The notes under the pieces were generated by a model, which worked only from the letters and a program-made list of their open reading frames with translations, did not search any database and had not been told where the DNA came from. Shown piece by piece: positions 39,701 through 41,375 of a stretch of DNA of 41,375 nucleotides. The stretch comes from an uncultured Flavobacteriales bacterium (GTDB taxonomy: Bacteria > Bacteroidota > Bacteroidia > Flavobacteriales > BACL11). The stretch spans positions 1 through 41,375 of the forward strand of contig CATMIT010000002.1 of the NCBI GenBank assembly GCA_950069165.1. The letters are read 5' to 3'. Positions within the stretch are counted from its first letter, which is position 1. Each line of letters opens with the position of its first letter. A program made the position numbers and the translations under genes.

Positions 39701-41375
39701 AACTTGTAAAGGATAGCCAGGTCCAACTAAGGTCAGTGGACCGGTATCAAAACAATTATTACCATCAATAACTGTAATATTATATGAACCTACTGGAAGG
39801 TTAATAAACAGAGAATCAAAAGGAGGTGGATTTGGATTTAAATTTCCATTAATATAATAACTATATGGCGGTATTCCGCCAGAAGGATAAACAGCAATCT
39901 GACCATCATGACCATCCCAACAGCTTACATTTTGAGCATTTACAGTATAACTAAGTACACCTACATTATAATCTACCAAAACAGAATCTGTTAGAGTACA
40001 GCCATTCTGAGTGGTAATAGTGAGAGAATACATAGTTGAAACTGATGGTGTAGCCCAAGGATGAATTATTGTAGGATTATTTAGACCGGTGGTTGGTGTC
40101 CATGAATAAGTTAAATTATTCCCTCCAACGACTATAGCGTTCGACATTAATACGCTATCACAAGTAAAATAGTCATTCCCTGCGTTTAATATTATAGCTG
40201 CTAAAGTGTCTGAGGGTGGTGACATTCCGGCACAATCAGAAGAAGTTGTCATATAATAAAACATTGGTGTTATATTAGCATTTACACCTTGATGCAGGAA
40301 ATTATCTATTGGATAATACATAGAATCTACTAAAGAAAAAGGACCCGTAGGATTGCTTGCAGAATACACATGATACACGGTAGCTGGATTTGATCCAGGG
40401 AGATGATTCCATGTAAGTAAAACATCTCCATTATTATCAACAGTAGCACAATTCACATCTGGTGAAACACTTGATGGTGCCTGTATCACTTCAATCGTAA
40501 TTGTAGCAAACTTTATAGCTGGAGCAGGACAAAAATCATCAACAACTTTTATAGCAAATGTATACAAATTTGAAGTAGTATTACATCCAGCATTTGAAGC
40601 AATATGATAGCAGGATGTTTGCCAATTGAAAACCCCTGAAACAATAGATGGGGCTGAAAAAGGCGGAATAACCCCTGCCCCATTATTGAAAGTAGCACAG
40701 GGAGGGTTATCACAAAGAGTTGTTGTTACAAAATCTGCAGCAAACTGCCCACCGGAAACTTCCATTGTTAAATCTTGAGGAGAACCATTTGCATAAACAT
40801 TACTATCGGTTCCTATAATATTAAAATTAACTAAAGTCCCAGCTGTAACTGATAAAAAGTAAGATGGACCAGGAAAAGGTGGCAGAACAACTGGAGGCGC
40901 ATTAGGATTACCGGATGCTAAATTAGGGCAATTTAGTAGTACCACTTGTATTTCCCTGTAAACCTCAGCAACCAATTGCCCACACTTAAAAGCCGATACC
41001 CTTACACAAGTAACAAAATTACCTGAAGTATTTACAGAGAAATAACTAATCTCACCGGTGGCCTGATTGAGCGTAGGATTACCAGGGATAGGAGAAGTGG
41101 TGGTATAAGGAGCAGAAAAAGGCAAAGTAACAGGAGCTGCAGGATTGTATGCCCCATCATCTAGTACATCAGCCCACTCATACACTAAACTATCTAACTC
41201 TGGGTCAGAAGCATTATGGCTATAGGAGAAAGGATAGCCAACACAAATAATTGTTTTTGGTTGCTCATTAAATTGTGGAGAAGAATCAAAACAAGGAGAA
41301 GTGTTTTGCGGAACTCCTGAGATTGAATATGAATACATGACTGCTCTTAAAGTAAAACCCTGATTGGCAAATCCA
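36770..41375 (-). CDS. very large T9SS-secreted cell-surface adhesin with tandem SprB-type repeats (5' end lies beyond the window)
   Basis: The reading frame stays open from the window end (no stop upstream of the first Met at 41338). The N-terminal part has Ig/cadherin-like and FN3-like segments. About 12 modules of ~70-80 aa follow. The C-terminal ~76 aa, FTLYPNPFKQETLLDF...SGIYFLEVKMDGETYHKRLVIQ, is a type-A T9SS sorting domain (36773-37000). Confidence 0.85.
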   Translation of the reverse strand, partial: GFANQGFTLRAVMYSYSISGVPQNTSPCFDSSPQFNEQPKTIICVGYPFSYSHNASDPELDSLVYEWADVLDDGAYNPAAPVTLPFSAPYTTTSPIPGNPTLNQATGEISYFSVNTSGNFVTCVRVSAFKCGQLVAEVYREIQVVLLNCPNLASGNPNAPPVVLPPFPGPSYFLSVTAGTLVNFNIIGTDSNVYANGSPQDLTMEVSGGQFAADFVTTTLCDNPPCATFNNGAGVIPPFSAPSIVSGVFNWQTSCYHIASNAGCNTTSNLYTFAIKVVDDFCPAPAIKFATITIEVIQAPSSVSPDVNCATVDNNGDVLLTWNHLPGSNPATVYHVYSASNPTGPFSLVDSMYYPIDNFLHQGVNANITPMFYYMTTSSDCAGMSPPSDTLAAIILNAGNDYFTCDSVLMSNAIVVGGNNLTYSWTPTTGLNNPTIIHPWATPSVSTMYSLTITTQNGCTLTDSVLVDYNVGVLSYTVNAQNVSCWDGHDGQIAVYPSGGIPPYSYYINGNLNPNPPPFDSLFINLPVGSYNITVIDGNNCFDTGPLTLVGPGYPLQVITSDSVAICYGDSNGVANAWGAGGTIPYSFEWYNAAQVSFSNNASVTDLHAGSYFVEITDALGCDTFKTVNVVHPQTPLTASIQIMDVSCKGDSTGFIVASAGGSYAPYTYVWLSGPDTLRTASPTVDITRDSLNNLSVGSYELHIYDNAGCFESYSNVVSEPTNPLIAILNKINDVDCFGDSTGQVQVIVSGGVPAYAYIWDDIAVSSPIISDLAAGLHTVWITDDLGCTIMDTITIYENPLIQDSITIIQNVSCHGGNDGAVSIISTGGILSHSYDWSNGHTNTIQPDTNSGLLFGSYYVIIEDQLGCRVVDSVFISDPDVLETEATKVAHVTCYSFANGIATAIGIGGTIPYTFSWDSINGQTGDTAFNLTPGVHTVYITDAKGCMNSDTVVITQPFELIVNIMDSLTIHPYCTGVSSASLTAIASGGTLNYSYVWSDDPTIPQTTPTATLLAAGIYSITVTDSRGCIAIDTTDISAYTNAMDAKIDTQLYNGNVEVSCFGANDGMAIVSTWDAHAPYTYQWFGPNNYNATNDSIDNLFAGAYSVTIEDTNGCLINRYINLTEPDLLQYTSYLSSNESCLGACNGTVTLDILGGTFPYFGIATNNSTTNVIISQILSDTITFPGICSGIYTISLTDDNGCQSTLIQGGNSQQTIGTTIATYATIDPATVQHLICYGVPTGSVAVQGPMAAPNYTYSWEDLVGNSFGTDTIADNLSAGTYVLFAHYSDSFGSYPGCTTTDTITITQPTEIMTNATVNDALCNGQSSGSITTAASGGTPNFTYFWYPNSSSSSFINNLSAGTYSVDITDNNNCYKIDTFIVAEPTAVVVSITQNGNQLQSSVSGGTPSYSYQWSSGQTSHNINANNSGAYTLTITDANGCVQASNTIVITAITQIEAEEFTLYPNPFKQETLLDFGANKEMVSIKILDVCGNALETHDLKNAEQFTIKRGKKASGIYFLEVKMDGETYHKRLVIQ
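37028..39928 (-). repeat. array of about 12 divergent tandem protein-coding repeats (SprB-repeat type)
   Basis: Recurrent pattern [V/I]xCxGxxxGxhxhxxxGGxxPYxYxW ... LxAGxYxhxhxDxxGC ... hxxP. Examples: VSCWDGHDGQIAVYPSGGIPPYSY, AICYGDSNGVANAWGAGGTIPYSFEW, VSCKGDSTGFIVASAGGSYAPYTYVW, VDCFGDSTGQVQVIVSGGVPAYAYIW, ALCNGQSSGSITTAASGGTPNFTYFW. The units are diverged at the DNA level; I saw no long exact repeats by eye. Confidence 0.8.

Overview
AT-rich (mid-30s % GC by eye) chromosomal window from a member of the Bacteroidota, probably Flavobacteriia-like. Supporting evidence: a fused str/S10/spc/alpha ribosomal cluster without adk, carA-eno-gltA following rplQ, TAnnTTTG-type -7 boxes, and T9SS C-terminal sorting domains. 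Layout: (i) 3-7805 (+) is a tightly packed catabolic cluster: thiolase, PEP synthase, acyl-CoA dehydrogenase, SDR, class-3 aldehyde dehydrogenase and a small membrane-protein gene broken by an in-frame TAG. (ii) A DEAD-box helicase (+) converges on a UbiD-family decarboxylase (-). (iii) carA-eno-gltA (-). (iv) 14658-33007 (-) is one uninterrupted 33-gene block, rpsL-rpsG-fusA-rpsJ...rpoA-rplQ, bounded by a candidate promoter and a clear intrinsic terminator. rpmJ and rpmD were found by hand because they are too short for the ORF track. (v) A second, divergent EF-G paralog (-) has its own terminator. (vi) A small HTH-like ORF is followed by two convergent T9SS-type secreted proteins; one is a >1530-aa SprB-repeat adhesin that runs off the window. 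I saw no tRNA, rRNA, CRISPR, transposase, integrase or recognisable defence genes, and I cannot point to a convincing novel multi-gene system. The most unusual features are: (a) a ~234-aa poly-Glu-rich C-terminal tail on bL17 and an ~88-aa charged tail on uL5; (b) an EF-G paralog with the catalytic His and the NKxD Lys replaced, sitting directly upstream of the str operon; (c) the TAG-split membrane gene; (d) the secreted-protein pair at the 3' end. All functional calls rest on motif recognition in the supplied translations. No database search was run.
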